A stretch of DNA of 64,000 nucleotides from Anaerolineae bacterium (GCA_963675785.1 OY776562.1:2976001-3040000), one strand, 5' to 3'; numbered from the stretch's first letter, positions 8,827 to 19,407 are shown. Translations and numbers: made by a program. The notes: generated from the letters alone by a model not told the origin.

Positions 8827-11259
8827 ATGCGCTTTACGCGTATTCTTTTTGTATTTCTCTGTATTCTGATATGTATAGCTCTTCTTGGGACTATTGGCAT
8901 TCTAGGGGTATACGCTTATTTTGCGCGAACTTTGCCCGCGCCGAGTGAGTTGTACGAACTGGCCAGCAGCTTTCAGAACACGCGCATTATGGATGCTGAT
9001 GGACAGCTTCTCTACGAGTTCTACGATCCCTCTGCCGGGTTACGTGTTGTGACAGCCTATGAGAATATCTCTCCGCTTCTTATTGATGCAGTTGTCGCCA
9101 CCGAGGACCCCACATTTTTCAGCAATGTTGGGGTGAATCCTCTATCTATTGCCCGTGCTTTTTATCAGAACTTGCGCGCGGGTTATGTGGTTTCTGGCGC
9201 TAGCACTATTACCCAGCAGGTGGCGAAAAACGTGTTTTTGAGCACCGAGAGAACCTACACACGTAAGATCGAAGAAGCTATCCTTGCTACAGAGCTGACG
9301 CGCACCTATTCCAAAGAACAGATTCTGGGGGTCTATCTTAATGAGAGTTACTTTGGAAACATGGCGTATGGTATAGGCGCTGCTTCAGAGACCTACTTTG
9401 GCAAGACACCCGATGAACTGACCCTTGCAGAGGCTGCGCTGTTGGCTGGCTTGCTGCAATCCCCCGTAGGGTATGACCCCTACACCAATCCGGATGTGGC
9501 TATAGCGCGTCGGGCTACGGTGCTTTCTCTGATGCAGCGTCGGGGCTATATCACAGCTACAGAAGCTGTTGAAGCATCGGCTGCACCACTTGGCGTGGTC
9601 GAATCACAGACAAGCCTCAAAGCTCCCCATCTTGTCATCGAAGCGCGCTCGTGGCTAGAGAAAGAATATGGTACAGAGTACGTCTATGAAGCCGGTTTGC
9701 AGGTTCAAACCACCATCGATAGCGATTTGCAGGAGATGGTCGAGCGTGATGTGACCGAGGGCATTGCTCAATTGGACGGCTATAACGCCAATAATGCATC
9801 TGTCGTGGTTCTGGATCCGACAACGGGCGATATCTTGGCTATGGTGGGCAGCGCCGATTTCTATGATGCTTCGATTAACGGCCAAATCAACATGGCTACC
9901 ACAGCGCGACAAACAGGTTCGGCGATCAAACCCTTTACCTATCTTGCGGCACTGGAACAGGGTTATACGGCGGCTTCGCTGTTGATGGATATCGAGCAAG
10001 AATTCCCTGATGGCGTGAATTCTCCTTATGTACCCACAAACTATGATCTCGAGGAATGGGGGCCCATTTCATTGCGAACAGCCCTGGCTAACTCTCGCAA
10101 TATCCCCGTTGTTCAGGTTTTGAATGATATCGGCGTAGATTCTCTTTTGGAGATTTGTGATCGACTAGGCATCGAGCTTGAAGATCGCGACGATTATGGA
10201 CTATCGCTTACGCTAGGCAGCGGTGAGGCTACTTTGCTAGATATGACCCAAGCGTTTGGCGTTCTGGCGAATGGTGGTGCCTTGGTACGGGCTCATTACT
10301 TGAGCAGCATAAGCGATAGTGCGGGGCAAATCATTCTGGATCAGTCGAATTTGCAGGCAGAGCAAGTGGTAGATGCCCGTCTGGCCTACATCATTACCGA
10401 TATTCTCTCGGATGATGAGGAACGCATGCGCGCATTCGGCACGGTGAACAATTTGGATGTTGGCTTTACGGCAGCAGTTAAAACGGGCACAACCAATGAC
10501 TATCGCGATAGTTGGGCTATTGGGTATACGTCTGATATAGTCGTTGGTGTATGGGTGGGGAATGCTGACAATTCCGAGATGACCGAGCTTTCTGGCTCTC
10601 GTGGCGCTGGCTTGATCTGGAACATGATCATGAGTGACTATTATGCAGTCAGTGAGCCAACACCCTTTGCTGAGCCAGAGGGGTTGGTTACTGTGGCAGT
10701 TTGCCCCGTTTCCGGCGAGCTACCAGGTGCTTATTGCCCGGATGCTGTTGAAGAGTTATTCACCACTGAGACAGCGCCGACAATGACTTGCACGGTGCAC
10801 AAGACGGTACAATTATGCAATGTTACGAACAAATTGGCCCTTTCGTATTGCCCTAACGATCAATTGACTGAATTGCTCGTTACCGATTTTGGCGAGGAGT
10901 GGGACGAGTGGGCAATTTCTCAGGGGTACACTGTGCCCCCGCGAGAGTACTGTGATGTTCATACATCGCCGTCTTTGGTTGAGTTGAGTGTGCCCTCTGT
11001 GGTTTCTGGGGTTGTCGACATCTACGGAACGACGATGTTGGATGATTTTTCCTATTATGTGGTCGAGTTAGGGTATGGTTCTTCTCCTGGTTACTGGAGC
11101 CCTATTAGCCCTTCGATTCACGCTGCGGTTAGCCATAGTGTGTTGTACCGCTGGGATACGCGCAGTTTGAGTAGTGGTGACTATTCATTGCGCCTGGTGG
11201 TGTATAACGCCAGTGGCTGGCAGCAAGCGACAACCACAACCTGCTATGTGCAGAACTAG
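8827..11259 (+). CDS. Class A penicillin-binding protein (GT51 + transpeptidase) with C-terminal Cys/His modules and Ig-like domain
   Basis: N-terminal TM; GT motifs 'EDPTF', 'GASTITQQ', 'RKIEE'; TP motifs SAIK, SRN, KTGT. Confidence 0.93.
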   Translation: MRFTRILFVFLCILICIALLGTIGILGVYAYFARTLPAPSELYELASSFQNTRIMDADGQLLYEFYDPSAGLRVVTAYENISPLLIDAVVATEDPTFFSNVGVNPLSIARAFYQNLRAGYVVSGASTITQQVAKNVFLSTERTYTRKIEEAILATELTRTYSKEQILGVYLNESYFGNMAYGIGAASETYFGKTPDELTLAEAALLAGLLQSPVGYDPYTNPDVAIARRATVLSLMQRRGYITATEAVEASAAPLGVVESQTSLKAPHLVIEARSWLEKEYGTEYVYEAGLQVQTTIDSDLQEMVERDVTEGIAQLDGYNANNASVVVLDPTTGDILAMVGSADFYDASINGQINMATTARQTGSAIKPFTYLAALEQGYTAASLLMDIEQEFPDGVNSPYVPTNYDLEEWGPISLRTALANSRNIPVVQVLNDIGVDSLLEICDRLGIELEDRDDYGLSLTLGSGEATLLDMTQAFGVLANGGALVRAHYLSSISDSAGQIILDQSNLQAEQVVDARLAYIITDILSDDEERMRAFGTVNNLDVGFTAAVKTGTTNDYRDSWAIGYTSDIVVGVWVGNADNSEMTELSGSRGAGLIWNMIMSDYYAVSEPTPFAEPEGLVTVAVCPVSGELPGAYCPDAVEELFTTETAPTMTCTVHKTVQLCNVTNKLALSYCPNDQLTELLVTDFGEEWDEWAISQGYTVPPREYCDVHTSPSLVELSVPSVVSGVVDIYGTTMLDDFSYYVVELGYGSSPGYWSPISPSIHAAVSHSVLYRWDTRSLSSGDYSLRLVVYNASGWQQATTTTCYVQN

Positions 11260-11263
11260 GGGT

Positions 11264-11302
11264 AAAAAAACGCGGTACGGTTGGCAAAGTCAACCGTACC
11301 GT
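11264..11302. terminator. Terminator between convergent PBP and hypothetical gene
   Basis: gcggtacggttggc-aaa-gtcaaccgtaccgt hairpin with an A7 tract on the left (U-tract on the minus strand). Confidence 0.75.
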
Positions 11303-11319
11303 AGTAGTTGGCCTTGTAA

Positions 11320-11685
11320 CTAATCGAACTCGTCAAATTCAATGATATTAGCCAAACGTTCTGGCATAGGGGTCATGTTTTTGATAGAAAAATCACCATA
11401 AGGTGTAGAAAGAATCTCATCTTCAGTCTTGAATAAAAAGAACGCAACTCGTGTTGGCATATTTTCTTTTTTTGGCACATCATATGTTCCACATAGCTTT
11501 TCTGTGCCTTCTAAAGACAAGTACTGTTCCATATACGGGCATTGCCAACGCATACGATCTAATTCTGCATTCGGAACTACGAAACCTGCCCAGTCGATGC
11601 TTTGAGGTGTATCATCGAGGATCATTTCGACTAGAACGGCGTCTTTGTTGAAATCATAACAACCATGCAAGATAGCTTTTTTCAT
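11320..11685 (-). CDS. Hypothetical protein (AT-rich singleton)
   Basis: 121-aa ORF from ATG 11685 with a GAGGTG RBS; 'WQCPYMEQYL', 'RVAFFL', 'LSTPYG'; no family recognised. Confidence 0.75.
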   Translation of the reverse strand: MKKAILHGCYDFNKDAVLVEMILDDTPQSIDWAGFVVPNAELDRMRWQCPYMEQYLSLEGTEKLCGTYDVPKKENMPTRVAFFLFKTEDEILSTPYGDFSIKNMTPMPERLANIIEFDEFD

Positions 11686-11809
11686 TGTGGAATTCACCTC
11701 AGAAGTAGGGATTCTGATCAATGAAGATAGTTTAGCATTGAATTATTAGCAGGAGAAGGCAAGGTCGGCTTTGATTCTGAGACAAGAAAAGAACGCATCG
11801 AGGTAATTT

Positions 11810-11845
11810 AAAAGGGGCTCACCTTTAGGTGAGCCCCTTTTTTTT
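11810..11845. terminator. Intrinsic terminator after the rho-M23 unit
   Basis: aaaaggggctcacct-tt-aggtgagcccctttt hairpin with A/T tracts. Confidence 0.85.
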
Positions 11846-11854
11846 ATATTGTAA

Positions 11855-12940
11855 CTAGGGTAGATAGACTAATGGGTTACGTTGAACACCATTGACGATA
11901 ACCTCAAAGTGCAGGTGAGGCCCGGTGCTGTTTCCTGTGCTACCGCATGTGCCGATCTGCTGGCCCTTGGCGACAGATTGTCCAACTTGAACCCAATAGG
12001 AGGTCATGTGGGCATAGAGTGTTCTATAGCCGTTACCATGATCAATAATGGCCATGTTGCCGTATCCCACGGTACTCCAGCCCGCTGCTACCACATATCC
12101 TGCATCTGCAGCATAGATTGGTGTGCCAGCCGATGCTGCGATGTCGATGGCAAGGTGCCCCGCCCAATAACCCTGACTAATATAGCCACTCATCGGCCAA
12201 GAAATGACTCCTGAGCCTTTGACAGCGCTGCTAGGAGCGCTTGAGGCAGTTGCTATCACTGCTCTGGGAGTATAAGGCTTGATACCGCCGGGAACAATGA
12301 GTCTTTGCCCCACCGTGAGTTCGTAAGGCTCGGTCAGGCCGTTTTCCTCAAAGCTGGTAATGGCTTCAGTTTCTACCTGATACTTTTTGGCAATGGATTC
12401 AAGGGTGTCTCCACTCGCAACCGTGTGATAGGCACCATCGACCGGCAAGATATAGAGTACGTCCCCAATCTGCAGCAAGTCAGGTGTGTCTTCAAGTTCA
12501 TCGTTTGACCACAGTATTGTGTTGGCATCCAGGCCAAATTTGTCAGCAATGCCCAGCACGGTGTCGTGTGCCTGGACTGTGTATTCGATGACAGAATTGC
12601 GAACCTGGCGTTCTGCAGAGACTACCGGCAAAATGCTGCGAATGGAAAGCTCAGTGGAAGGCACAGCCGCAGCCGTTAAAAAGCCCGTCTGTGTCTCAGA
12701 GGTGAACGAAGCGGTAGTGATTTGAGACGTTTCTGTGGACTCTACTATCTGTCCGGCAATGATGCTGCTGGAGGGGTTGATGGTGAAAGCGAGTACGAGA
12801 ACCAGGAAAGCTATAAACGCATGACTCAAATACCTGACCCAATCCTGTGAATCGGGTCGGTGAAGCTTTCGCACTCTAGTTTTAGGTATTGTTCGATCCA
12901 GATGGCCCTTGGCGAGGCGAGACCGCCAGGCAATATCCAT
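11855..12940 (-). CDS. M23 metallopeptidase with two LysM domains and an N-terminal TM anchor
   Basis: LysM 'YTVQAHDTVLGIA' and 'HTVASGDTLESIA'; M23 'HLAIDI', 'LYAHM', 'STGPHLHFE'. Confidence 0.92.
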   Translation of the reverse strand: MDIAWRSRLAKGHLDRTIPKTRVRKLHRPDSQDWVRYLSHAFIAFLVLVLAFTINPSSSIIAGQIVESTETSQITTASFTSETQTGFLTAAAVPSTELSIRSILPVVSAERQVRNSVIEYTVQAHDTVLGIADKFGLDANTILWSNDELEDTPDLLQIGDVLYILPVDGAYHTVASGDTLESIAKKYQVETEAITSFEENGLTEPYELTVGQRLIVPGGIKPYTPRAVIATASSAPSSAVKGSGVISWPMSGYISQGYWAGHLAIDIAASAGTPIYAADAGYVVAAGWSTVGYGNMAIIDHGNGYRTLYAHMTSYWVQVGQSVAKGQQIGTCGSTGNSTGPHLHFEVIVNGVQRNPLVYLP

Positions 12941-12945
12941 GAGAC

Positions 12946-14193
12946 TTAGATATCCTTATTCAAGGTGTTTAAAAAGTCAGTATTGGTAGTAGCTCGTCGA
13001 AGCCTTTCAAGGATGGGCTCGACACTTTCAACTCCACCGATTGTATCAACCATTCGCCGCAATGTCCAGATTCTCTGAAGCGTAATAGCGTCGAGAAGCA
13101 ATTCCTCGCGACGTGTGCCCGATCGCTGAATGTCGATGGCAGGGAAGACGCGTCTTTCGGCAAGGCGGCGCACCAGATGTAGTTCCATGTTGCCTGTGCC
13201 CTTGAATTCCTCATAGACCATGTCATCCATTCTGCTGCCCGTATCTATAAGGCAGGTGGCGATGATGGTCAAGCTGCCGCCTTCCTCCATGTTTCTGGCT
13301 GCACCGAAAAAGCGCTTTGGGGGATATAGCGCAGTGGGATCCAAGCCACCAGAGAGTGTTCGACCGCTAGGCGGGACCACCAGGTTGTACGCTCTGGAAA
13401 GCCGTGTGATGCTATCCAACAGGATAACGACGTCCTTGCCCATTTCCACAAGCCGTTTTGCTCGCTCTAGCGCCATTTCTGCTACACGAGCATGGTCTTT
13501 GACTGGTTCGTCAAATGTCGAGCTAAAGACTTCGGCCTCTACGGAGCGGTCCATATCAGTTACTTCTTCAGGGCGTTCGCCAATGAGGACAACCATAAGA
13601 TGGACGTCACTGTGATTGGCTGAGATGCCGTTGGCGATATCTTTGAGGATGGTGGTTTTACCAGCTTTTGGAGGAGAGACGATCAATCCACGTTGGCCGC
13701 GCCCGATGGGTGAGAGCATGTCGATGAGTCGAGTAGAGTAAATGCCGGGGGCGGTTTCGAGACGGAGTTGTTCTTTCGGAAAAATGGGCGTTTGGCGTTC
13801 AAATCGAGGTCTTGATTTGGCTAACTCTGGATCGCCGTTGTTAATGGCCTCTACGCGTAACAAACTATAATATTTTTCCGAATCCTTGGGCGCTCGAACT
13901 TGGCCAACAACCATATCGCCTGTACGCAGTGCAAACCGCCGGATTTGAGACTGTGATACATAAACATCGTCCTGCCCGGGCAGCAGGTTATGGCTTCGGA
14001 GAAAGCCAATGCCATCCTGAACGATCTCTAGCACACCGCCTCGGAAGGTGTGGCCCTTTTCTTCAGCCTGCGATTGAAGCAGGCGGAATATCAGATCGCC
14101 CTTTTTCAGGCGACTGTAACCGCTAATTTCGCGGGTACGCGCGATTTCTCGCAGCTCTGGCAGGGTCATGGTATCGAGTTGGACAATATTCAC
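12946..14193 (-). CDS. rho: Transcription termination factor Rho
   Basis: 'GFLR', 'DVYVSQSQIRRF', P-loop 'PPKAGKT', 'ERPEEVTD', 'EEFKGTGNME'; GTG start at 14193 after GGAG. Confidence 0.98.
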   Translation of the reverse strand: MNIVQLDTMTLPELREIARTREISGYSRLKKGDLIFRLLQSQAEEKGHTFRGGVLEIVQDGIGFLRSHNLLPGQDDVYVSQSQIRRFALRTGDMVVGQVRAPKDSEKYYSLLRVEAINNGDPELAKSRPRFERQTPIFPKEQLRLETAPGIYSTRLIDMLSPIGRGQRGLIVSPPKAGKTTILKDIANGISANHSDVHLMVVLIGERPEEVTDMDRSVEAEVFSSTFDEPVKDHARVAEMALERAKRLVEMGKDVVILLDSITRLSRAYNLVVPPSGRTLSGGLDPTALYPPKRFFGAARNMEEGGSLTIIATCLIDTGSRMDDMVYEEFKGTGNMELHLVRRLAERRVFPAIDIQRSGTRREELLLDAITLQRIWTLRRMVDTIGGVESVEPILERLRRATTNTDFLNTLNKDI

Positions 14194-14408
14194 ACGAAAC
14201 GCTCCATGTGGTGTTGCTGTTTTTACGCACAACAACAGCAAGATGAGAACAAATAAGGGAATTTAAGTCTGGGGGAATCCGAGAAATTGGAAGAATACCG
14301 ATAAAGATTACCGCAGTGAATGATAAAAGAGGTCATAGGAGCAGATTTGCCTGCTCCTACTTGCCCTATTATATGGAGGCTTTCTTGCAGCGTCAAATGT
14401 CTTTAAAA

Positions 14409-15368
14409 CTAGGCCGATATGGGTTCCCCTGTAATGCCAGGAACCGGGACGTTCATTAGAATATCTTTGACAACCGTGCGGGTATCAATGTCTCGAATAC
14501 GGGCGGATGGGCTAATGATCAATCTATGCGCCAGTACCACCGAAGCCAATTTCTTGATGTCATCTGGGATGACATACGTACGCCCGTTAATGGCTGCCAG
14601 CGCCTGGCCCGTACGGTAGAGTGCCAGCGAGCCGCGCGGACTAGCCCCAAGGTAAATATCCGGGTAATTTCTGGTCGCTGTAACAAGGGAGATGATGTAC
14701 TCTTTGACGAGTGGATCAATATAAATGTGTTTAACAGCCTCTTGAGCAGCTAGCAGCTCTTGAATTGTTACAACCTGAGGGATGGAGTCCAGCGGATGTT
14801 TGTACTGCTGAGAATCCAGAATAAGCAACTCATCTGCTTCTGAAGGATGGCCGAGGCTTATTCTCATGAGGAACCTATCCAACTGCGCCTCTGGCAGGGG
14901 AAAAGTTCCTTCATACTCAATGGGGTTCTGGGTTGCTAAAATGATAAAGGGATCAGGCAGCGAATAAGTTTGTTCATCCACTGTGACCTGGTGTTCTTCC
15001 ATCGCTTCCAGTAAGGCAGATTGAGTCTTTGGGGTTGCCCGGTTGATCTCGTCTACGAGGACGAGTTGAGCCATTATCGGGCCAGGGCGATACTCGAATT
15101 CGCGCGTTTTTTGGTTGAAAATAGAGACGCCGGTGACATCGCTGGGCAAAAGGTCGGGTGTAAACTGAAGGCGACGAAAACTGGCACCAATTGACTTGGA
15201 TAAAGACTTGGCGAGAACTGTTTTGCCAACGCCGGGGACATCCTCAATTAGAACATGGCCACGGCATAGCAAAGCGACGATGGCCAGCTTGATTTCGTCG
15301 GTTTTGCCAAAGATGACCTTTTCTACGTTGCCGGCAATGCGCTCAGCAACGCTCTGTACCTCGCCCAT
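14409..15368 (-). CDS. MoxR family AAA+ ATPase
   Basis: 'EDVPGVGKT', '[10 protein letters not shown]', '[18 protein letters not shown]', '[19 protein letters not shown]'. Confidence 0.95.
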   Translation of the reverse strand: MGEVQSVAERIAGNVEKVIFGKTDEIKLAIVALLCRGHVLIEDVPGVGKTVLAKSLSKSIGASFRRLQFTPDLLPSDVTGVSIFNQKTREFEYRPGPIMAQLVLVDEINRATPKTQSALLEAMEEHQVTVDEQTYSLPDPFIILATQNPIEYEGTFPLPEAQLDRFLMRISLGHPSEADELLILDSQQYKHPLDSIPQVVTIQELLAAQEAVKHIYIDPLVKEYIISLVTATRNYPDIYLGASPRGSLALYRTGQALAAINGRTYVIPDDIKKLASVVLAHRLIISPSARIRDIDTRTVVKDILMNVPVPGITGEPISA

Positions 15369-15530
15369 GCTGCCTCCTAAACTTTTATTGTTATGAGCTT
15401 ATGCAAGCAAACAAACTCTGTCAAGGGCTCTTTACAAACTTGGACAGGTGCAAGCGGTTTTGACATGCTGATATCAGCATGATAGCATCCGCAAACTATA
15501 CGCAGTTCATCTTGGGATTCGGGTGGGAAT

Positions 15531-16817
15531 GTGATTGATCAATCGTATCAAGATTTCATAGAGAGCAATCATCGCTGGAACTTTGTTGTAAACGTTCTTG
15601 ATCTGACATTCTACAATTTAGCGTTGAGCTTTATTTTTGGTTCAACAGTCCTTTCTCTTTATACCAGCTATCTAACCAGCTCTGCTATACTGATAGGCCT
15701 TATCCCTGCCGTTCAAAGTGTGGGCTTTTACTTGCCGCAACTCTTGCTTGCACGCAAGTCCTCGATGATGCCTCGAAAGAAACCGTTCTTGGTGCGTATC
15801 AGTGTTTTCGAGAGAATGCCCTACATATTCGTGGCCTTGATAGCCTTGCTTTGGCCCCAGGCACCGAATTACATCGTTTATACTGTTTTGGCGGTTAGTT
15901 TAGCTTCTGCGACGCTTGCTGGTGGATTAGGTGGGCCTGCCTGGCAAAGCATGCTGGCCAAGGTTATCAAGCCAAATCGTCGAGGTTTGCTCTTTGGTCT
16001 TTCAAATGCCCTGGGGGGATTTCTGGGCATATTGGGGGCGATGTATTCCGCTCATGTTCTCAATACGGAACTTTATCCTCGCTCCTTTGGGATTTGTTTC
16101 TTGTTGTGTTTTATTTTTCAGCTAGTTTCATGGGTGTGCCTGAATCTTGTGCGCGAACCGGCACTAGAGCCCATCCATATACCGCCTCCTGCTCGTGAGT
16201 ATTGGCGGCAGCTTCCTCAGGTTTTTCACAAGAATCCTAATTTCGCACGCTATTTGGTCGGGCGCTCTCTGATTGTGCTGGGCACGATGGCAACAACGTT
16301 TTACATCATTTATGCCCGCAAGATTTTCGCTGTGGATGATGCTTTTGCAGCCGACCTAACCATGGCAGCGCTTGTGAGCCAGACGATTGCAACGCCACTT
16401 CTTGGGGCGCTTTCTGATAAACTGGGCCACAAGTGGCTAACTGAGGTTTCCGCATTCATTGGTGCACTGGCAGTGCTTGCAGCTTTGTTCGCACCATCAG
16501 GGCCTTGGTTCTATTTGGTGTTCATTTTGATGAATGCTTCGACATCGGGGGCAATGGTGGCCAATCTCAGCATGACCATGGATTTCTGCGATGTTGACGA
16601 GATGCCCACTTTTATCGCTCTGGCCAACACGGTGATTGCATTGCCAGTATTGTTAACTCCGGTTATTGGCGGTTGGCTCGTTGATTTAATTGGCTATACG
16701 GCTATGTTTGCTATTGCTTTTGTAATAACGCTGTTGGGTATGGCTACCATGCATTGGTTTGTCAAGGAGCCGCGGAATAATACTAAAGCTCAGGCCGAGC
16801 CCGTTGCTAGTGAGTGA
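15531..16817 (+). CDS. MFS transporter
   Basis: About 12 hydrophobic segments; 'GALSDKLGHK' MFS motif. Confidence 0.88.
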   Translation: MIDQSYQDFIESNHRWNFVVNVLDLTFYNLALSFIFGSTVLSLYTSYLTSSAILIGLIPAVQSVGFYLPQLLLARKSSMMPRKKPFLVRISVFERMPYIFVALIALLWPQAPNYIVYTVLAVSLASATLAGGLGGPAWQSMLAKVIKPNRRGLLFGLSNALGGFLGILGAMYSAHVLNTELYPRSFGICFLLCFIFQLVSWVCLNLVREPALEPIHIPPPAREYWRQLPQVFHKNPNFARYLVGRSLIVLGTMATTFYIIYARKIFAVDDAFAADLTMAALVSQTIATPLLGALSDKLGHKWLTEVSAFIGALAVLAALFAPSGPWFYLVFILMNASTSGAMVANLSMTMDFCDVDEMPTFIALANTVIALPVLLTPVIGGWLVDLIGYTAMFAIAFVITLLGMATMHWFVKEPRNNTKAQAEPVASE

Positions 16818-17563
16818 TGCAGCCTTTTCATGAGACTCGCAAATTCAGGTGTGTACAGGTTCTCTCTAATTCGCGGTCGGGCTATATGAATATCAAGAGA
16901 TTCTGTGATATAGCCTGGTCGCGACGACATGACTAAAACACGATCAGATAGATAGATCGCTTCTTCGATGTTGTGCGTAACCATCAGAACCGTTTTTCGA
17001 TCTACAGACCAGATTCGTAACAGCTCGTCATTCATGTGTTCACGGGTTAGCGCATCCAGAGATCCAAAAGGTTCATCCAATAGTAATGCGCGCGGCTCAT
17101 GAACCAAGGCCCTCGCTAGGGCAACCCGTTGCTGCATTCCCCCGGAGAGCTCTCGCGGCAGGGCTTGCTCAAACCCACTCAAGCCCACCAGATCGATGAC
17201 AGCTAGGGCCTTTTCTCTGGCCAGTTTTTCGTGTGTACCGCGTAATATGAGCGGCAACTCGACATTTGCGATGGTTGTGCGCCAGGGCATGAGGTTGGGA
17301 TGTTGAAAAACAAAGCCAATGCGAGGTCGTGGTGCAGTAACCGGTGTGCTCTCAAAAAAGACCTCGCCGCTAGAGGGTTGAACTAACCCCCCGAGGATGC
17401 GTAATAGCGTAGATTTGCCGCATCCTGAGGGGCCGATGATACTTACAAATTCGCCGTCATCCAGCGCCAATGATGTCTCGCCCAATGCCTCTAGGTGGCG
17501 ATCGGGGCCATCGTAGAAGGTCATGGAAACGTTTTGCGCTACGAGTACAGCGTTTGGGTTCAT
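16790..17563 (-). CDS. NitT/TauT-type ABC ATP-binding subunit of probable riboflavin importer
   Basis: GPSGCGKST, LSGGMQQR, LLLDEPF; overlaps the binding-protein gene by 4 nt. Confidence 0.9.
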   Translation of the reverse strand: MNPNAVLVAQNVSMTFYDGPDRHLEALGETSLALDDGEFVSIIGPSGCGKSTLLRILGGLVQPSSGEVFFESTPVTAPRPRIGFVFQHPNLMPWRTTIANVELPLILRGTHEKLAREKALAVIDLVGLSGFEQALPRELSGGMQQRVALARALVHEPRALLLDEPFGSLDALTREHMNDELLRIWSVDRKTVLMVTHNIEEAIYLSDRVLVMSSRPGYITESLDIHIARPRIRENLYTPEFASLMKRLHHSLATGSA

Positions 17564-18534
17564 GGTAGAAATTCGTTTGTGTATGCAGTCTGTGGATCAA
17601 TCGTACCTGCTAGCACGTCCAGTTCTTGCATCAGGGTTACCGACTCATCCCAGGCAGCAGCATCATATTTGCCAAGCTCGTCTGCCTGCCAAATGGTCAA
17701 ACATGCCTCTAGTACCTGTCGTTGTAGTACTGCAGATTCATCATCCATCTCGGGGATTGCCGCGCGTGTGATCTCAAAGGCAGCATCAGGATCCTCAAGC
17801 GTGTCTTGTAATCCTTTTTGAAAGGCGGCAAGCATATGCTGTATCAATTCGGGGCTCTCTTCAATGATGCTTTCGCTAGTGACAATACCATTGGAGGGAA
17901 GCGACGTGTATTCCTGTAGATCGAATACGTTCACCTCATAGCCCATGCTTGCCAATTGCACGGGTTCGTTCATGGTGTAGCAGATGGCGGCGTCAACTCG
18001 TCCTTCTGTAAGGCTAGCAACTTGGGTATAGCCAATGACCTGAAGATTGACATCCGCATCATCAAACCCCATCTCTTTCGCCAGAGCCAACCAACCAATA
18101 TAGCTGGCGCCATAATTCGATGGTGTTCCCACAGTTTTCCCTTCCAAATCAGCCGGTTCTGAAATGCTACTGGATTCCAGACTCACGACACATACGGGAA
18201 AGTGTTGATACCAATTGTATACACACTCGACCGGCAAATCATTGCTTCTTGCCAGAATAACCTGATCACCACTGGTGATAGCAAACTCGACTTCGTCTGC
18301 CGCCAGGCGCTGCAATAGATCGGTCTCCATGCCATAGTCTAGCGTGAGCTCAATGCCTTCATCCTCAAAATAGCCGCGTTCGATTGCAACATAAACCGGT
18401 GTGAATTGCACACTGGGTATGTAACCCATTGCCATTGTAACTGGGGTCAGTTCTTCTGGTGCAGGGGTGCTGGTTTGGGCACAACCGGACAGTAAGAGCA
18501 GGCAGACTAACGAAAAGTATAACGCACGTCGCAT
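17560..18534 (-). CDS. ribY: NMT1/THI5-like substrate-binding lipoprotein, probable riboflavin-binding RibY
   Basis: Lipobox LLLSGC; 'MGYIPSVQFTPVYVA...GYF'; lies in the operon under an FMN riboswitch. Confidence 0.75.
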   Translation of the reverse strand: MRRALYFSLVCLLLLSGCAQTSTPAPEELTPVTMAMGYIPSVQFTPVYVAIERGYFEDEGIELTLDYGMETDLLQRLAADEVEFAITSGDQVILARSNDLPVECVYNWYQHFPVCVVSLESSSISEPADLEGKTVGTPSNYGASYIGWLALAKEMGFDDADVNLQVIGYTQVASLTEGRVDAAICYTMNEPVQLASMGYEVNVFDLQEYTSLPSNGIVTSESIIEESPELIQHMLAAFQKGLQDTLEDPDAAFEITRAAIPEMDDESAVLQRQVLEACLTIWQADELGKYDAAAWDESVTLMQELDVLAGTIDPQTAYTNEFLP

Positions 18535-18594
18535 AATTTTATTCCTCCAGGATTGCCATCTATTCAGCCAGATATTGGCTTTATCTGTTTCATA

Positions 18595-19407
18595 TCAACG
18601 CCGGGATAACAGCCGTTTTTCCAGGGTGTCTACGGCAAAGTAGAGTATCAGGGCGACTATCATGAGGGTGATCAAGGCGACAAAAAGCAACGAGGTATCA
18701 AAAAGCCCCCGTGCCAGATTGATCAGGTAGCCAAGGCCGCGGTCGGCAGCGACAAATTCACCGACGACGGCGCCAATAACTGACAGCGTAACCCCTACTT
18801 TGATGCCCGCCAGCAACACGGGTAGTGCCGCGGGGATTTCCAAGAGCCTAAAACGTTGCCATCGTGTTGAGCCTAGCGAGCGCATCAGCTCATCTAATTC
18901 TTGAGGGACTGATCTCACGGCTACCACGGTATTGATCAACACGGGGAAAAAGAGCGTAAGTGCACAAACCAGCACTTTGGAGAGACTGCCGGTGCCGAAC
19001 CAGATAACCAACAAAGGAGCCAAGGCCACGATAGGGATGGCCTGCGACGCTACGAGATAGGGCGAAAGGATTCTTTCAACAAGTGGGGATTTCGCCAGCA
19101 CATAACCTAGAAAAAGAGCAACAGTAAGCCCCAGTGCCAAACCTTCTAGCACTTCGGTAAGGGTTATCGATATGTGATACAGCAAAGTGCCGTCGCTTAG
19201 CACGTCGGAAAAGCGTTCAACAACGTCACGAGGAGAAGGCAACAAAAACGTAGGATAGTTCTGCCAGCGAACTAGCAGATCCCAGAGCACTAGAGCGATT
19301 AATAGGGTAATGGGGATAATCGCATATTCCCAACCTGCGATGCCAGGGCGATGAGCGGCAGTATTCTGTTTGTTGTGGTATCTTGAAGAGTGCTTGAAAA
19401 AAGCCAT
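18595..19407 (-). CDS. ribX: ABC permease, probable riboflavin transporter RibX
   Basis: 'LLPSP', 'SQAIPIVALAPL', 'FFPVLINT', 'GAVVGEF'; first gene after the FMN riboswitch. Confidence 0.75.
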   Translation of the reverse strand: MAFFKHSSRYHNKQNTAAHRPGIAGWEYAIIPITLLIALVLWDLLVRWQNYPTFLLPSPRDVVERFSDVLSDGTLLYHISITLTEVLEGLALGLTVALFLGYVLAKSPLVERILSPYLVASQAIPIVALAPLLVIWFGTGSLSKVLVCALTLFFPVLINTVVAVRSVPQELDELMRSLGSTRWQRFRLLEIPAALPVLLAGIKVGVTLSVIGAVVGEFVAADRGLGYLINLARGLFDTSLLFVALITLMIVALILYFAVDTLEKRLLSRR

